Assembly (NCBI GenBank): GCA_963676565.1 | Contig: OY781089.1 | Coordinates: 2,880,001 to 2,944,000 of the forward strand | DNA from: Halarcobacter sp. | GTDB taxonomy: Bacteria > Campylobacterota > Campylobacteria > Campylobacterales > Arcobacteraceae | DNA: 64,000 nt | Reading direction: 5' to 3' | Shown here: piece by piece, positions 39,100-49,410 of the stretch | How the letters are laid out: each line of letters begins with the position of its first letter | How positions within the stretch are numbered: the first letter of the stretch is position 1 | Position numbers and translations under genes: made by a program | The notes under the pieces: generated by a model | What the model was told of the DNA's origin: nothing | The model's input: only the letters and a program-made list of their open reading frames with translations | The model's database searches: none

Positions 39100-40670
39100 A
39101 TACTATAAATAAAATAGATTTAAACATAGATAGAAGTGACATAGAACCTATTACTGATGTTATAACAATAAGAGATACAGAACAAAGAGTTTTAAATTAT
39201 ATGATGATTTCTTTAGAAAACTATAACTATATTAATGAAATATTAAAAGATGAAGATTTTACTTTTTTGACACATACAAAGATATTTCAATATTTATTTG
39301 AAGATAATGACCTTCTTCCAAAAGAGACAGTTTATAATAGATTTGAAATAAATGAGTTAGAAAAGTTCATAGATATGTTTGCTCGTCTTTTAGAAGATAA
39401 AGAAAATGTTAAATATACATCTACTCTTAAAATTCTTTCAAAAGAGCCAAGTTCAGATATAAAAAAAGACATAGAGTTTTTAAAACAATACTCATTTGAA
39501 AAGGCTGTTGCATTTAGTGGATTTAAAAGTGATTATGCCGTAATTGAAGTTGCATTTGAAGATTTAAACAGTTTTACAAGTGGTCATTTTTATCAAAATA
39601 GACTTTGTAGTATTTTTACTACAAATATAGAAGATATTCCAGAAGAACTTTGTGATACAGCAATTAATACAATTAAATTTTTAGAACAAATAGATTTAAA
39701 TGATTCTATTTATAGAGCATCATTTTCTCCTGTAGAAATAGAGACAGTTGGTATTACGAAGTTTTATATAGAAAAAAACTATCAATTATTAGAACAAAAA
39801 AGAGAAAAGAAAGAAGCCGCTTTTCAAAAGCTTTTTGATTGGGCAGATAAATATGAATTAGATGAAAAGACCTTTCCAAGAGACATTAATAAACTATTAA
39901 AAATGCAAGAACTTGAAATCAAAAATAAAAACATAAAAGAACTACCTAAAGAGCTTATCTTATTAGAGAGACTTTTTTTACTTGATCTTAGTTTTAATAA
40001 AATCAAAACTATCCCTAAAGAGTTTAAAGAATTTAAGCACTTAAAGTTTTTAAAATTACAATCAAATGAGATAGAAGAAGTACCATCTGAGTTGTTTGAG
40101 ATACAAAGTTTACTTTTTTTAGTTCTAAAGGAAAACAGTATCATATCACTGCCCTCAAATATCTCAAAATTAAGAAACCTAAAGCATTTATGTATATGCC
40201 AAAATAAAATAGAGTTTATTCCAGATGAGATAACTAAATTGAAAAAGCTTGAAGGGTTTTGTATGCATAGAAATAGATTAAGTTCTCTGCCTAATGATAT
40301 AGGTGAACTTATAAATCTTAATACCTTAACTTTTTCAAACAATTATATAGAAGAAATACCTCAAAGTATAATTAGACTTGAAAAGCTTGAGTCTTTAGAG
40401 TTTGAAAACAATAAAATAAATAATATAGATTTACAATTGATACGATTAAATAAACTAAATCAACTTGCACTTGATGATAAACTTCTTTTATCTATTTATG
40501 AACCTATTCGTACTTCAAAAAAGTTTGATACTATAAACTTAGTTGAATCAAAAATCAAAGAAGATTCAAGACCAATAAGAAATCTAAGCTTTAAAATTGA
40601 AACAGAGTCTTGGATAGATGAAATTGATAGAAGAAATAATGGATGTATTGTATTGAAAAAGACTGAGTAA
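39096..40670 (+). CDS. Leucine-rich repeat protein with DnaB-N-like N-terminus
   Basis: EQRVL...LKDEDFTFLTHTKIF resembles the DnaB N-domain; about 8 LxxLxLxxNxIxxIP repeats. Confidence 0.8.
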   Translation: MNTINKIDLNIDRSDIEPITDVITIRDTEQRVLNYMMISLENYNYINEILKDEDFTFLTHTKIFQYLFEDNDLLPKETVYNRFEINELEKFIDMFARLLEDKENVKYTSTLKILSKEPSSDIKKDIEFLKQYSFEKAVAFSGFKSDYAVIEVAFEDLNSFTSGHFYQNRLCSIFTTNIEDIPEELCDTAINTIKFLEQIDLNDSIYRASFSPVEIETVGITKFYIEKNYQLLEQKREKKEAAFQKLFDWADKYELDEKTFPRDINKLLKMQELEIKNKNIKELPKELILLERLFLLDLSFNKIKTIPKEFKEFKHLKFLKLQSNEIEEVPSELFEIQSLLFLVLKENSIISLPSNISKLRNLKHLCICQNKIEFIPDEITKLKKLEGFCMHRNRLSSLPNDIGELINLNTLTFSNNYIEEIPQSIIRLEKLESLEFENNKINNIDLQLIRLNKLNQLALDDKLLLSIYEPIRTSKKFDTINLVESKIKEDSRPIRNLSFKIETESWIDEIDRRNNGCIVLKKTE

Positions 40671-40828
40671 AGGTTCAATTGTTTCTCTTGTCAATCGGGC
40701 TCAATACCCGACCCAAATTTTTCATAGAATTATAAAGAATAGCCTAAAATTAGACATTGTAAGCTTGTGATTCTTTTTTAATTTATCACTAAAACATAAC
40801 AGAATCACAAGTAGAGCAAAAATTGATT

Positions 40829-41290
40829 TTATGCAGCATCATGTTCTTCTCTCAACTTACGTATATCTTTCCACTGACCTTTTCCAAAAACAAAAGGATT
40901 AATAGATATTCTCCAATACCAATTCTTTTAAGTAAGTAATCTAATGTCTCTTTTACAATATTTATACTAATATTTTTTTAGTGATTTTTGAAAGACTTTC
41001 TTTTTAAGTTAACAAAATATTAGCAGTTTGAAAAAATTAGCCCACTGTGAAATCAAAAAACTTTACAAAATCAAACATATATAATTATTATATTATAAAA
41101 ATGTCCAAACGCAAGCTATTAATTATGTAGTTAAATTTCAAGAACTTCTTTACTTGGAGTTCCATCTCTATATTTTTTATCAGAGGAGCATACAAAGGAA
41201 TTTTATAAAACAGATTATTTAAAGTGTCTTCAATTCCTTTTATGTGACTTGCAAAAGAAAAAGTCCAATCTGTTTCAGTTGATGTAATTG
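40829..41290 (-). pseudogene. decayed gene remnant, possibly RepL-like
   Basis: Broken frames ending ...IGIGEY/INPFVFGKGQWKDIRKLREEHDAA*. Confidence 0.3.
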
Positions 41291-44131
41291 TTATCTTTCA
41301 TAAAACTTCTCTACATACCCAACTATTTTATCAAGAACTCTTGGAACTATTTTCTTTCTTTCTAAATATTTAGGTTTTACATTTAAAGTTGCTGCAACAT
41401 CATTTGCTAAAGGTTTTCTTTGCTCATAAATGAATGTATCAATAACCTTTTCAACTTTGTCATTATCTAAATTTTCTTCAACACAAAGTTCATCTAATGC
41501 TTTACCTTTTTCAACATCCCAGAATTTTTCAAACTCTTCTTCTATATCTTCACTATTTTCAATTTTCATCAAGTTATCATTGATGAATCTTTCAATTAGC
41601 TCTCTTTTACTTCTAAGCTGTGGATTATTGTTAAGGATATTACTGATATTTTCTCTTTGTTTAGTTCTAACACCTTCATCTTCTGTCTCTTTATATTGTG
41701 CAAGTAGTTTTAAAATATAACCAACATTGATTTCATCTTTATGGATTAATTCCAGCTCAAAGTCAACATCATCTAAAATAGAAACTTTCTCTGTTCCTTC
41801 TCCATTTCCAGTCGAATGTTTTATCTGTTCATAAAGGTCAAGATATTTAGATTTATAATCTTCAAACATTTGCTCAGTCATTGATAAGTCTGACCATTTG
41901 AAGTCTGTAAATCCTTCTAAAATATTTTTAATTCTCATTAAGTTTCTAAATGCTTTAATAAACTCTAATTTAATATCTTCTCCCATTAAATTATCAATAC
42001 TACTAACACTTGGTACAATAGTGATTAGCTTTATAAATGCTTCATTGAATTTTTTAACATAAACCTCATATGGCTCCATAATGATGATTTCTTTTGCATC
42101 TTTGTTAGAGAACAATGCTATTGCATCATCAGTAGCTTTTTTCAAGTTCCTAAAACAAACTATATTTCCTTGCGATTTTTGTTCGTTCAAGATTCTATTT
42201 GTTCTACTATATGATTGAATTAAACCATGATATTTCAAGTTCTTATCTACATACAATGTGTTTAGTGTTTTACTATCAAATCCAGTTAAGAACATGTTTA
42301 CAACAAGTAAAATATCTACTTCTCTTTGCTTAACTCTTTTTGACATATCATTATAGTAGTTATAAAAGCTCTGAGAATCTTTTGTTGAGTATTTACATCC
42401 AAACATTTTATTGTAGTCTTCAATAAACTCATCAAGCTTTTCTCTACTATGTTTATTGATGTGCTCTTCATCTACATGAGCACCATCAGCTTCATCTAAA
42501 TCAATGATTCCATCAGCATCTTTATCATCTTCATTTGCACTATATGAAAAAATTGTTGCAATTTTTAAATTATGTTTTTTAGATTTAAAAGCTTCATAAT
42601 ATTTAATAAGCATATCTACAGAACTAACACACATCATAGCTGTGAACTCTTTACTATGAGTTTTTCTTCCATGATTAGCAATGATATAGTCAACTATCTT
42701 TTCAAGTCTATCTTGACTTTCAAGAAGCTCTTTTGTATCAATTGCTTCAACTTCAATATCAACATTAGTTGCACTTCCTTCTTTCTCTTTATATCTACCT
42801 ATATATTCAACAGAAAACTTAAGTACATTGTCATCATTAATTGCATCTGTTATCACATAACTATGTAGTTGTTCATCAAATAACTCTTTTGTAGTTCTTT
42901 TTCCCAACTTGTTTCCAGTTGCATTCTCAGCAAAAATTGGAGTACCTGTAAATCCAATCATCTGATTTTTTTCAAAGAATCTTGTAATGTTTAAATGTGT
43001 TTCTCCAAATTGTGACCTATGACACTCATCAAAGATAAAGACAATATGTTTATCTTTTAGTTTTTCCATTGATGATAAATATTGCTTTTTAGAAATTGCT
43101 GTGTTAAGTTTTTGAATAGTTGTAACTATTAATTTTGTATCATTACTAAACTGTTTCACTAATGCTTTTGTATTATCTGTTCCATCAACTGAACCGTCTG
43201 AAAAACTATTAAATTCTTTAGTAGTTTGATAATCTAAATCTTTTCTATCTACTACAAAAACTACTTTATAAACATTAGGAAGCTTCATAAGAATCTGAGC
43301 AGTTTTAAAAGAAGTTAGAGTTTTACCAGAACCTGTTGTGTGCCAAATATATCCATTTTTATTTGTTTCACTAACTCTATTGATAATAGCTTCAACAGCC
43401 CAAAATTGATAAGGTCTTAAAATCATTAATATTTTTGGAACTTCTGCTAAAACTATATATTTACATATCATTTTAGATAAGTGACATCTCTCTAAAAAAG
43501 TTTTTGTAAATTCTTCTAAGTTAGTGATATTTCTATTGGCTTTATCAGCCCAATAGAATGTTTGCTTGAATGATTGTTTTTTATTATTAGCGTAATACTT
43601 GGTATTAACACCATTTGATATAACAAATAGTTGAATATAGTTAAATAGAGCGTTATTAGCACCATAAGAATGTTTTTGGTATCTATTTATTTGATTGAAT
43701 GCTTCTTTTAATTCTAATCCTCTTCTTTTTAGCTCTATTTGAACTAATGGCAGACCATTTATTAAAATCGTAACATCGTATCTGTTTTTATATTTACCTT
43801 CAACAGTCACTTGAGATGTAACTTGAAATAGGTTTTGACACCAATGTTCAGAATCCAAGAACTCAATATATTTTGTAGTGCCATCATCACAAGGAAGAAC
43901 AAATCTATCTCTTAGAATTTTTGACTTTTCAAAGACATTTCCCTTATTTAGATGGTTTAAAACTCTTTTAAATTCTGTATCTGTAATAGTAGTTTTATTA
44001 TGCTTTTCAAGTTGAGATTTTAAGTTTTTTTCTAAATCTTTATCATCTTTAATAACTACTCTTTGATATTGATTCTGTTCAAGTTGCTTAATTAAGTTTT
44101 CTTCTAAGATTGCTTCTGATTGTTTACTCAT
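41291..44131 (-). CDS. hsdR: Type I restriction endonuclease subunit R
   Basis: RYDVTILINGLPLVQIELK, WHTTGSGKT, DECH, FTGTP, SRTNR. Confidence 0.96.
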   Translation of the reverse strand: MSKQSEAILEENLIKQLEQNQYQRVVIKDDKDLEKNLKSQLEKHNKTTITDTEFKRVLNHLNKGNVFEKSKILRDRFVLPCDDGTTKYIEFLDSEHWCQNLFQVTSQVTVEGKYKNRYDVTILINGLPLVQIELKRRGLELKEAFNQINRYQKHSYGANNALFNYIQLFVISNGVNTKYYANNKKQSFKQTFYWADKANRNITNLEEFTKTFLERCHLSKMICKYIVLAEVPKILMILRPYQFWAVEAIINRVSETNKNGYIWHTTGSGKTLTSFKTAQILMKLPNVYKVVFVVDRKDLDYQTTKEFNSFSDGSVDGTDNTKALVKQFSNDTKLIVTTIQKLNTAISKKQYLSSMEKLKDKHIVFIFDECHRSQFGETHLNITRFFEKNQMIGFTGTPIFAENATGNKLGKRTTKELFDEQLHSYVITDAINDDNVLKFSVEYIGRYKEKEGSATNVDIEVEAIDTKELLESQDRLEKIVDYIIANHGRKTHSKEFTAMMCVSSVDMLIKYYEAFKSKKHNLKIATIFSYSANEDDKDADGIIDLDEADGAHVDEEHINKHSREKLDEFIEDYNKMFGCKYSTKDSQSFYNYYNDMSKRVKQREVDILLVVNMFLTGFDSKTLNTLYVDKNLKYHGLIQSYSRTNRILNEQKSQGNIVCFRNLKKATDDAIALFSNKDAKEIIIMEPYEVYVKKFNEAFIKLITIVPSVSSIDNLMGEDIKLEFIKAFRNLMRIKNILEGFTDFKWSDLSMTEQMFEDYKSKYLDLYEQIKHSTGNGEGTEKVSILDDVDFELELIHKDEINVGYILKLLAQYKETEDEGVRTKQRENISNILNNNPQLRSKRELIERFINDNLMKIENSEDIEEEFEKFWDVEKGKALDELCVEENLDNDKVEKVIDTFIYEQRKPLANDVAATLNVKPKYLERKKIVPRVLDKIVGYVEKFYER

Positions 44132-44141
44132 TTCACTCTCT

Positions 44142-46487
44142 TTATAGATTGACTTTTTTGATGGTTAATTTTTGCTCAGATATTTCTGATTTAAAAAAAT
44201 TAATTTTTTGTTTTTGATTTCTTTCTAATTCAGAAATTATTGGTTTTAGAATAGCTTCATTCTTGAATTTTAATCCAAAAGTTATAGATTCAATTTGTAA
44301 TGCAATTATATTTTTTTCAATAGCTTCATTAATGTCAAAAGTATAAGATATTTTTTGTTTTTCCCCATAATGTAATAATCTCACTTCTTTTTCATATTCC
44401 CAATCTTCTGATTTTACAGTCCAATATTCTATAATACTATCAAAAATTTCTTTTTCATCTAAATTTGTATTTTTATATTTTACTTCATCTTTCCCAACAT
44501 AGTTAGGTAAATATAAAAATTTATAGCCGACACATATACCTGTATGTTCTTGTGTATAATGTGACCACATTAATTTATTGTCATTTATTTGTGACAAAGA
44601 ACACAATTTAAAATTATTTTTATTTAAACTTAAATCCTTAAATTGTTTTTCTAAAGATTCAGATGCAACATCAAAAGGGTCATTTAACTGATTAGGGTTT
44701 GCAAAGTATAAATAGTTCTCTGTCAAACTTGATAATGCATTAATGGAAAAAGTTTGATATTTATATAGAGTTCTTGAAAAGTAAGTTGTTCTGGTGTCTT
44801 TTTGATATGAGTTATAAAATATAAAGTCTTTTATACTTTTATCAAACAATGTTTTTTTATCCTCTTTAGCAGTTTTTATTTTTACTAATAAAAGTTCAGC
44901 TTCTCCATCCAGATTCACAAGATATTTTTCTGCTAAATTAATTGACTTCTCAAGATATTTAATAGCTTTTTTGTATTTTTTATTTTTTTTCTTTGATTTT
45001 TTATAATATAGCTTCCCAAGTTCTAAATAATATTTTGGATTTTCATTTTCACTTTTTATTCGATTTTTAATGATAGTAATTCTTTTATTTAGTGAAATTG
45101 AATCATTAAAAGCTGATAAATAATAAAGTTTTCTATCCTCAGTAAGAATAATATTAAGTTTTTTGGATTGAATGTAAATTTCTTTAATTTTTTTTATATA
45201 TAGTTTATGAAGTTTCTTGCGATATGAACCAGTTAATTTTGTAAACTCATTATTATATTCAATATTTAATTTTTTGATATATTTTTGCATTTCATGATAC
45301 GAGGATAAGATTGTATAACTAAGTCCAAAAACATCATCCAATTCAAAATCTTTTTCATCAATTACTCTTTGATATGATTTCTTGATATAATTTCGTGTTA
45401 TTATATAGTTATTTAAAATATATAACAAATAAATATCTTTTTTTAATTCTTTATAATGATTACTAAGCTCATTAAGAATGCCACTAAGATGATTTATACT
45501 ATCTGTATATTTTTTATCAATATTTAACAGCTTTGCTTCATAAAATACTTTATGTTCTTTATGAATTTTAGACTTTTCTTTGTTTAGTATATATTTAACT
45601 TCATTGTACCCATTAAGTTTAAATAACTTTTCAATACCATCTTGCCAATTTCCTGAATGAAAATTACTATAATAATCTTTATAACATTGTATTGCTTTTT
45701 CAGTTTTATTTGTTTCTTCATAGCATTGACCTAATATAAAAAAGTCATTACTATTTTTATTATAATTATTTTTATAATATTCTATTGCTTTATCATATTT
45801 TTTTAGTTTAAAACAAACTTCCCCATAAGAAATATTATTAGTTTTAGATTTTCTTTCTTCATTATGATTAAAATATTTATATAGCCACTTGTAATCTTTT
45901 TTTTGTATATAGTAGTATAAATCACTTTGTTCTGTAGTCAATTTATATTGTTTTTTGAGTTGCTGAGAATCATCTAAGAATTCTTCTTTAAACCAAAGTT
46001 TATTAAGAAATCTTTGTACAGTATTGGTATCTAATGTATTTTTACGCAAAAAATCAAAACATTCTTTATTTTTTTTATCAATGAAAAGTATATAGAATTG
46101 TGCTTCTAAATTATTTTGATTTTCTTTTACTGATTTATTTAGTAGATGTTTAGATATATCATATTTATTAAACCATGTATAATGTTCTAAAGTTCTAAAG
46201 TTATTCTCTAAAAATAAATATAATTGTAAGTTAGTAACTGATTTGTCATTTTGGTTAATTTGTAATATCTGATTAAAATACTTATTTTTATTTTCTTGTA
46301 TCATTTTTATGGTAGTACGTTTTTTATGACTACTAACCCAACTCATTAAATCATATAAATAATAATAGAAAAACAAATATTCTTTATCTTCTAAAAAATC
46401 AGTTTTTAATTTTTGAATGTTTATTTGTGCTTCATAAAAATTTGATTCATACAAATTGTCAATAATCATTTTTTTTAATTCTTGCAT
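44142..46487 (-). CDS. TPR-repeat + DUF2971 protein
   Basis: TPRs (YDKAIEYY, KAIQCY); C-terminal LNDPFD, LMWSHY...GICVGY, KSEDWEYEKEVR. Confidence 0.8.
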   Translation of the reverse strand: MQELKKMIIDNLYESNFYEAQINIQKLKTDFLEDKEYLFFYYYLYDLMSWVSSHKKRTTIKMIQENKNKYFNQILQINQNDKSVTNLQLYLFLENNFRTLEHYTWFNKYDISKHLLNKSVKENQNNLEAQFYILFIDKKNKECFDFLRKNTLDTNTVQRFLNKLWFKEEFLDDSQQLKKQYKLTTEQSDLYYYIQKKDYKWLYKYFNHNEERKSKTNNISYGEVCFKLKKYDKAIEYYKNNYNKNSNDFFILGQCYEETNKTEKAIQCYKDYYSNFHSGNWQDGIEKLFKLNGYNEVKYILNKEKSKIHKEHKVFYEAKLLNIDKKYTDSINHLSGILNELSNHYKELKKDIYLLYILNNYIITRNYIKKSYQRVIDEKDFELDDVFGLSYTILSSYHEMQKYIKKLNIEYNNEFTKLTGSYRKKLHKLYIKKIKEIYIQSKKLNIILTEDRKLYYLSAFNDSISLNKRITIIKNRIKSENENPKYYLELGKLYYKKSKKKNKKYKKAIKYLEKSINLAEKYLVNLDGEAELLLVKIKTAKEDKKTLFDKSIKDFIFYNSYQKDTRTTYFSRTLYKYQTFSINALSSLTENYLYFANPNQLNDPFDVASESLEKQFKDLSLNKNNFKLCSLSQINDNKLMWSHYTQEHTGICVGYKFLYLPNYVGKDEVKYKNTNLDEKEIFDSIIEYWTVKSEDWEYEKEVRLLHYGEKQKISYTFDINEAIEKNIIALQIESITFGLKFKNEAILKPIISELERNQKQKINFFKSEISEQKLTIKKVNL

Positions 46488-46508
46488 AATATCTCTTTTT
46501 TATAATTT

Positions 46509-47723
46509 TTAAACAAACATCTGTTGTAAAAGAGCTTTTTTAAACTCTTTTGTTTTTTCTAATTCTGTTTTTGTAACTTCAATTTTTTTGTCAATTGAAG
46601 AAAGAAAGTTAGCTATACTTTTTTGTTCTTCAAGACAAGGTAAATCCCATTTCAATTTTAAAAAGTCTTTTTTACTCATAACCCTATTTCTTCCAGCCCC
46701 TCCAGGAGAAATTAAATCTAACATAACCTTAAGTTTTTTTTGAATAATTTGATATTTAAAATAATGAGAGTTAGTTATCTTATTTTCAAACGTATATGTT
46801 GGAAATCGATGGGATACTAAGCCTTTGTTATCTTCTTTTTTTACGATAGCAATTGCACCTTCCCATGCAAATGTGATGTTTACAATTAAATCATTCTCTT
46901 TTACAACATATAGTTTATCCATTACAATTTTATCTGGTTCAGAATTAGGCTTTTGAAATGTTCCTTTACAATGACTTTTTACACCTATTGCTAAATAGGG
47001 TTCTTTTGGTTTTTCTATTTCTCTGAAAGTAGGAATTAAAAAATCAATAAATGAATATTCTTTCCACTCTGGAAAGTCATTTCCATTCTTATCTTTAAAA
47101 CGAATTTCATGAGAAAAAAATTTTTGCATTACACTTTGTTTATATTTATCTAAAAGTTTTTCTTTTTTTGTAAGTTGCTCTATCTTTGTGTCAACTAAAG
47201 TTAAAAAAGAAGCTATTTTAATTTGTTCATTTTTTGAAGGAATATGAATTGAATCAATCAAAACTTTTTGATTATTAATTTTCATGTCATTTTTTGCACC
47301 CTTTTGAACCAAAGGCCTTAAATACTTATTTAGATTATCAGATAGAGAAAAATAGTGATCTAAAAAATTTGAGTCAATGCTATCTTTACATCTATATACT
47401 GCATATAAAGTAGATACAATTCCTTCATGTTTTTTATTTGCCTTAATAATTCCATATGGAGCTGTAGCCAAAGGACTTTTAGTGTAGACAATATCGTTTA
47501 ATCTTACTATTGGATAATTAGATACGGATTTCCCGGCATAAGACCTGCCTAAATGTTCTATTTGATTTACTAAACCAAATTGTTGAGATACTGAAAGTAC
47601 TTCATTTTTAGAAAAAATATTTTTAAGGTTTTTTTCTTTATGTTCAAATAACAATTGAGATAATTTTTGACTTACCCAGTCTTTACTAAATTCTTTAAAT
47701 CTCAATTTAGGTACATTACTCAT
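46509..47723 (-). CDS. hsdS: Type I R-M specificity subunit
   Basis: VPKLRFKEF, two TRDs, PxxxEQxKIA repeats, KKALLQQMF. Confidence 0.95.
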   Translation of the reverse strand: MSNVPKLRFKEFSKDWVSQKLSQLLFEHKEKNLKNIFSKNEVLSVSQQFGLVNQIEHLGRSYAGKSVSNYPIVRLNDIVYTKSPLATAPYGIIKANKKHEGIVSTLYAVYRCKDSIDSNFLDHYFSLSDNLNKYLRPLVQKGAKNDMKINNQKVLIDSIHIPSKNEQIKIASFLTLVDTKIEQLTKKEKLLDKYKQSVMQKFFSHEIRFKDKNGNDFPEWKEYSFIDFLIPTFREIEKPKEPYLAIGVKSHCKGTFQKPNSEPDKIVMDKLYVVKENDLIVNITFAWEGAIAIVKKEDNKGLVSHRFPTYTFENKITNSHYFKYQIIQKKLKVMLDLISPGGAGRNRVMSKKDFLKLKWDLPCLEEQKSIANFLSSIDKKIEVTKTELEKTKEFKKALLQQMFV

Positions 47724-47732
47724 GATAATCTC

Positions 47733-49295
47733 CTAAAATGGTGTAGATATGTTTAGTTCTTTACAATATGAAGCTATTTCTTCATCTGTAACTTTCATAT
47801 CTACTTCTAAAGCTTTTAATTCATTTGAAACAGCATCTAAATCAATAGGTTCTTCTTCTTCAAATGTGTCAACATATCTTGGGATATTTAAATTATAATC
47901 GTTCTCTTTAATTTCTTCAATTGAAGCTAAGTGTGAATATTTATCTTCTTCAACTCTATCTCTGTAAGTAGATACAATCTTATCAATATCTTCTTCTCTT
48001 AAATAGTTTTGATTTTTTGCTTTATCAAAATGAGCTGATGCATCAATAAATAAAACATTATCACTATCTTCTCTACACTTTTTAAATACTAAAATACAAG
48101 TAGGAATAGAAGTACCATAAAAAATATTTGCTGGAAGTCCAATAACTGCATCTAAATAGTTTCTATCTTCTATTAGATATTTTCTTATATGTCCTTCTGC
48201 TGAACCTCTAAATAAAACCCCATGAGGTAATACAATAGCCATAGTTCCATTATCATCAAGATGATGAACCATATGTTGAACAAAAGCAAAGTCTGCTTTA
48301 CTTGAAGGTGCTAATTTACCATATTGAGAAAATCTATCATCATTCAAATGAAGTGGGTTTGCTGACCATTTAGCAGAGAACGGAGGATTCGCAACTATTG
48401 CTTCAAATCTTTCATTTTCATGTTGAGGATTCTCTAATGTATCTTCTTGTTTGATATCAAACTTTCTATAATGAACATCATGCATAATCATATTCATTCT
48501 TGCAAGGTTATAAGTAGTTCTATTTAACTCTTGACCATAGAAGTTAGATACATCTTTAACTTCTTTTGAAACCCTTAGAAGTAGTGACCCAGAGCCACAT
48601 GTAGGGTCGTACACAGATTTTAGTTTACTTTTTTTAGTAGTTACAATCTTTGCTAATATCTTTGAAACTTCTTGTGGTGTATAAAACTCTCCAGCTTTTT
48701 TACCTGCTCCAGCTGCAAATTGACCAATTAGATATTCATATGCATCTCCAAGAACATCTCTATCATGATTTTTTAATTCAAAGTTGATATTGTCTAAGTG
48801 ATATAAAACTTTTGAGATAAGTTTATTCTTTGATTCTTCAGTTCTACCAAGTTTTGTAGAAGTTAAATCTAAATCTTCAAATAAGTGTTCAAAATCATCT
48901 TCACTTGCATGACCCATTGTTGATTGTTCTATATGTCTAAGAACTTGTGTTAAGTCTTCTAAAATGAAGTTATCAGAATCTGCATTTCCTTTTTTAGCCA
49001 TATATTTAAATAATTCATTTGGCTTTAAAAAATATCCAAGTTGCTCAATACAATCTTCTTTTAATCCTTCAAGGAAGTCTTTACCATCTTCTGAATTCTC
49101 ATCAATCTCTGTAAATTTAATTCCATCTTCTGCTAATAATTCATTTGTAAAATCTTCAATTTTTTCAGAAAGATATTTATAGAAAATAAATCCAAGAATA
49201 TAATCTCTAAACTCATCAGCATCCATTTTACCTCTAAGTTCATTTGCTATATTCCATAATTGTTGCTCTAAAGCTTTTTTATTTTCTTCACCCAT
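47733..49295 (-). CDS. hsdM: Type I R-M methyltransferase subunit
   Basis: GEFYTP, DPTCGSGSLL, NPPF. Confidence 0.97.
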   Translation of the reverse strand: MGEENKKALEQQLWNIANELRGKMDADEFRDYILGFIFYKYLSEKIEDFTNELLAEDGIKFTEIDENSEDGKDFLEGLKEDCIEQLGYFLKPNELFKYMAKKGNADSDNFILEDLTQVLRHIEQSTMGHASEDDFEHLFEDLDLTSTKLGRTEESKNKLISKVLYHLDNINFELKNHDRDVLGDAYEYLIGQFAAGAGKKAGEFYTPQEVSKILAKIVTTKKSKLKSVYDPTCGSGSLLLRVSKEVKDVSNFYGQELNRTTYNLARMNMIMHDVHYRKFDIKQEDTLENPQHENERFEAIVANPPFSAKWSANPLHLNDDRFSQYGKLAPSSKADFAFVQHMVHHLDDNGTMAIVLPHGVLFRGSAEGHIRKYLIEDRNYLDAVIGLPANIFYGTSIPTCILVFKKCREDSDNVLFIDASAHFDKAKNQNYLREEDIDKIVSTYRDRVEEDKYSHLASIEEIKENDYNLNIPRYVDTFEEEEPIDLDAVSNELKALEVDMKVTDEEIASYCKELNISTPF

Positions 49296-49376
49296 TTTTT
49301 CGAATCCTTATGTGTCATATTTGTTTGTATTTTAAAGTAAATATTATACTACTTCGCTACTTCCATACCTGTTAAA

Positions 49377-49410
49377 ATTATATAATCAGTAAATTACTTA
49401 AATAGGTTAT
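49377..49410 (-). promoter_or_regulatory. box-2 promoter (hsdMSR)
   Basis: AACCT attt AAGTA - 12 nt - TATAAT. Confidence 0.65.

Noticed and set aside
41090..41125. TGTCC half-site as a box-1 promoter
   Set aside because: No AGACA half, no TANNNT at 11 nt, and no downstream gene.
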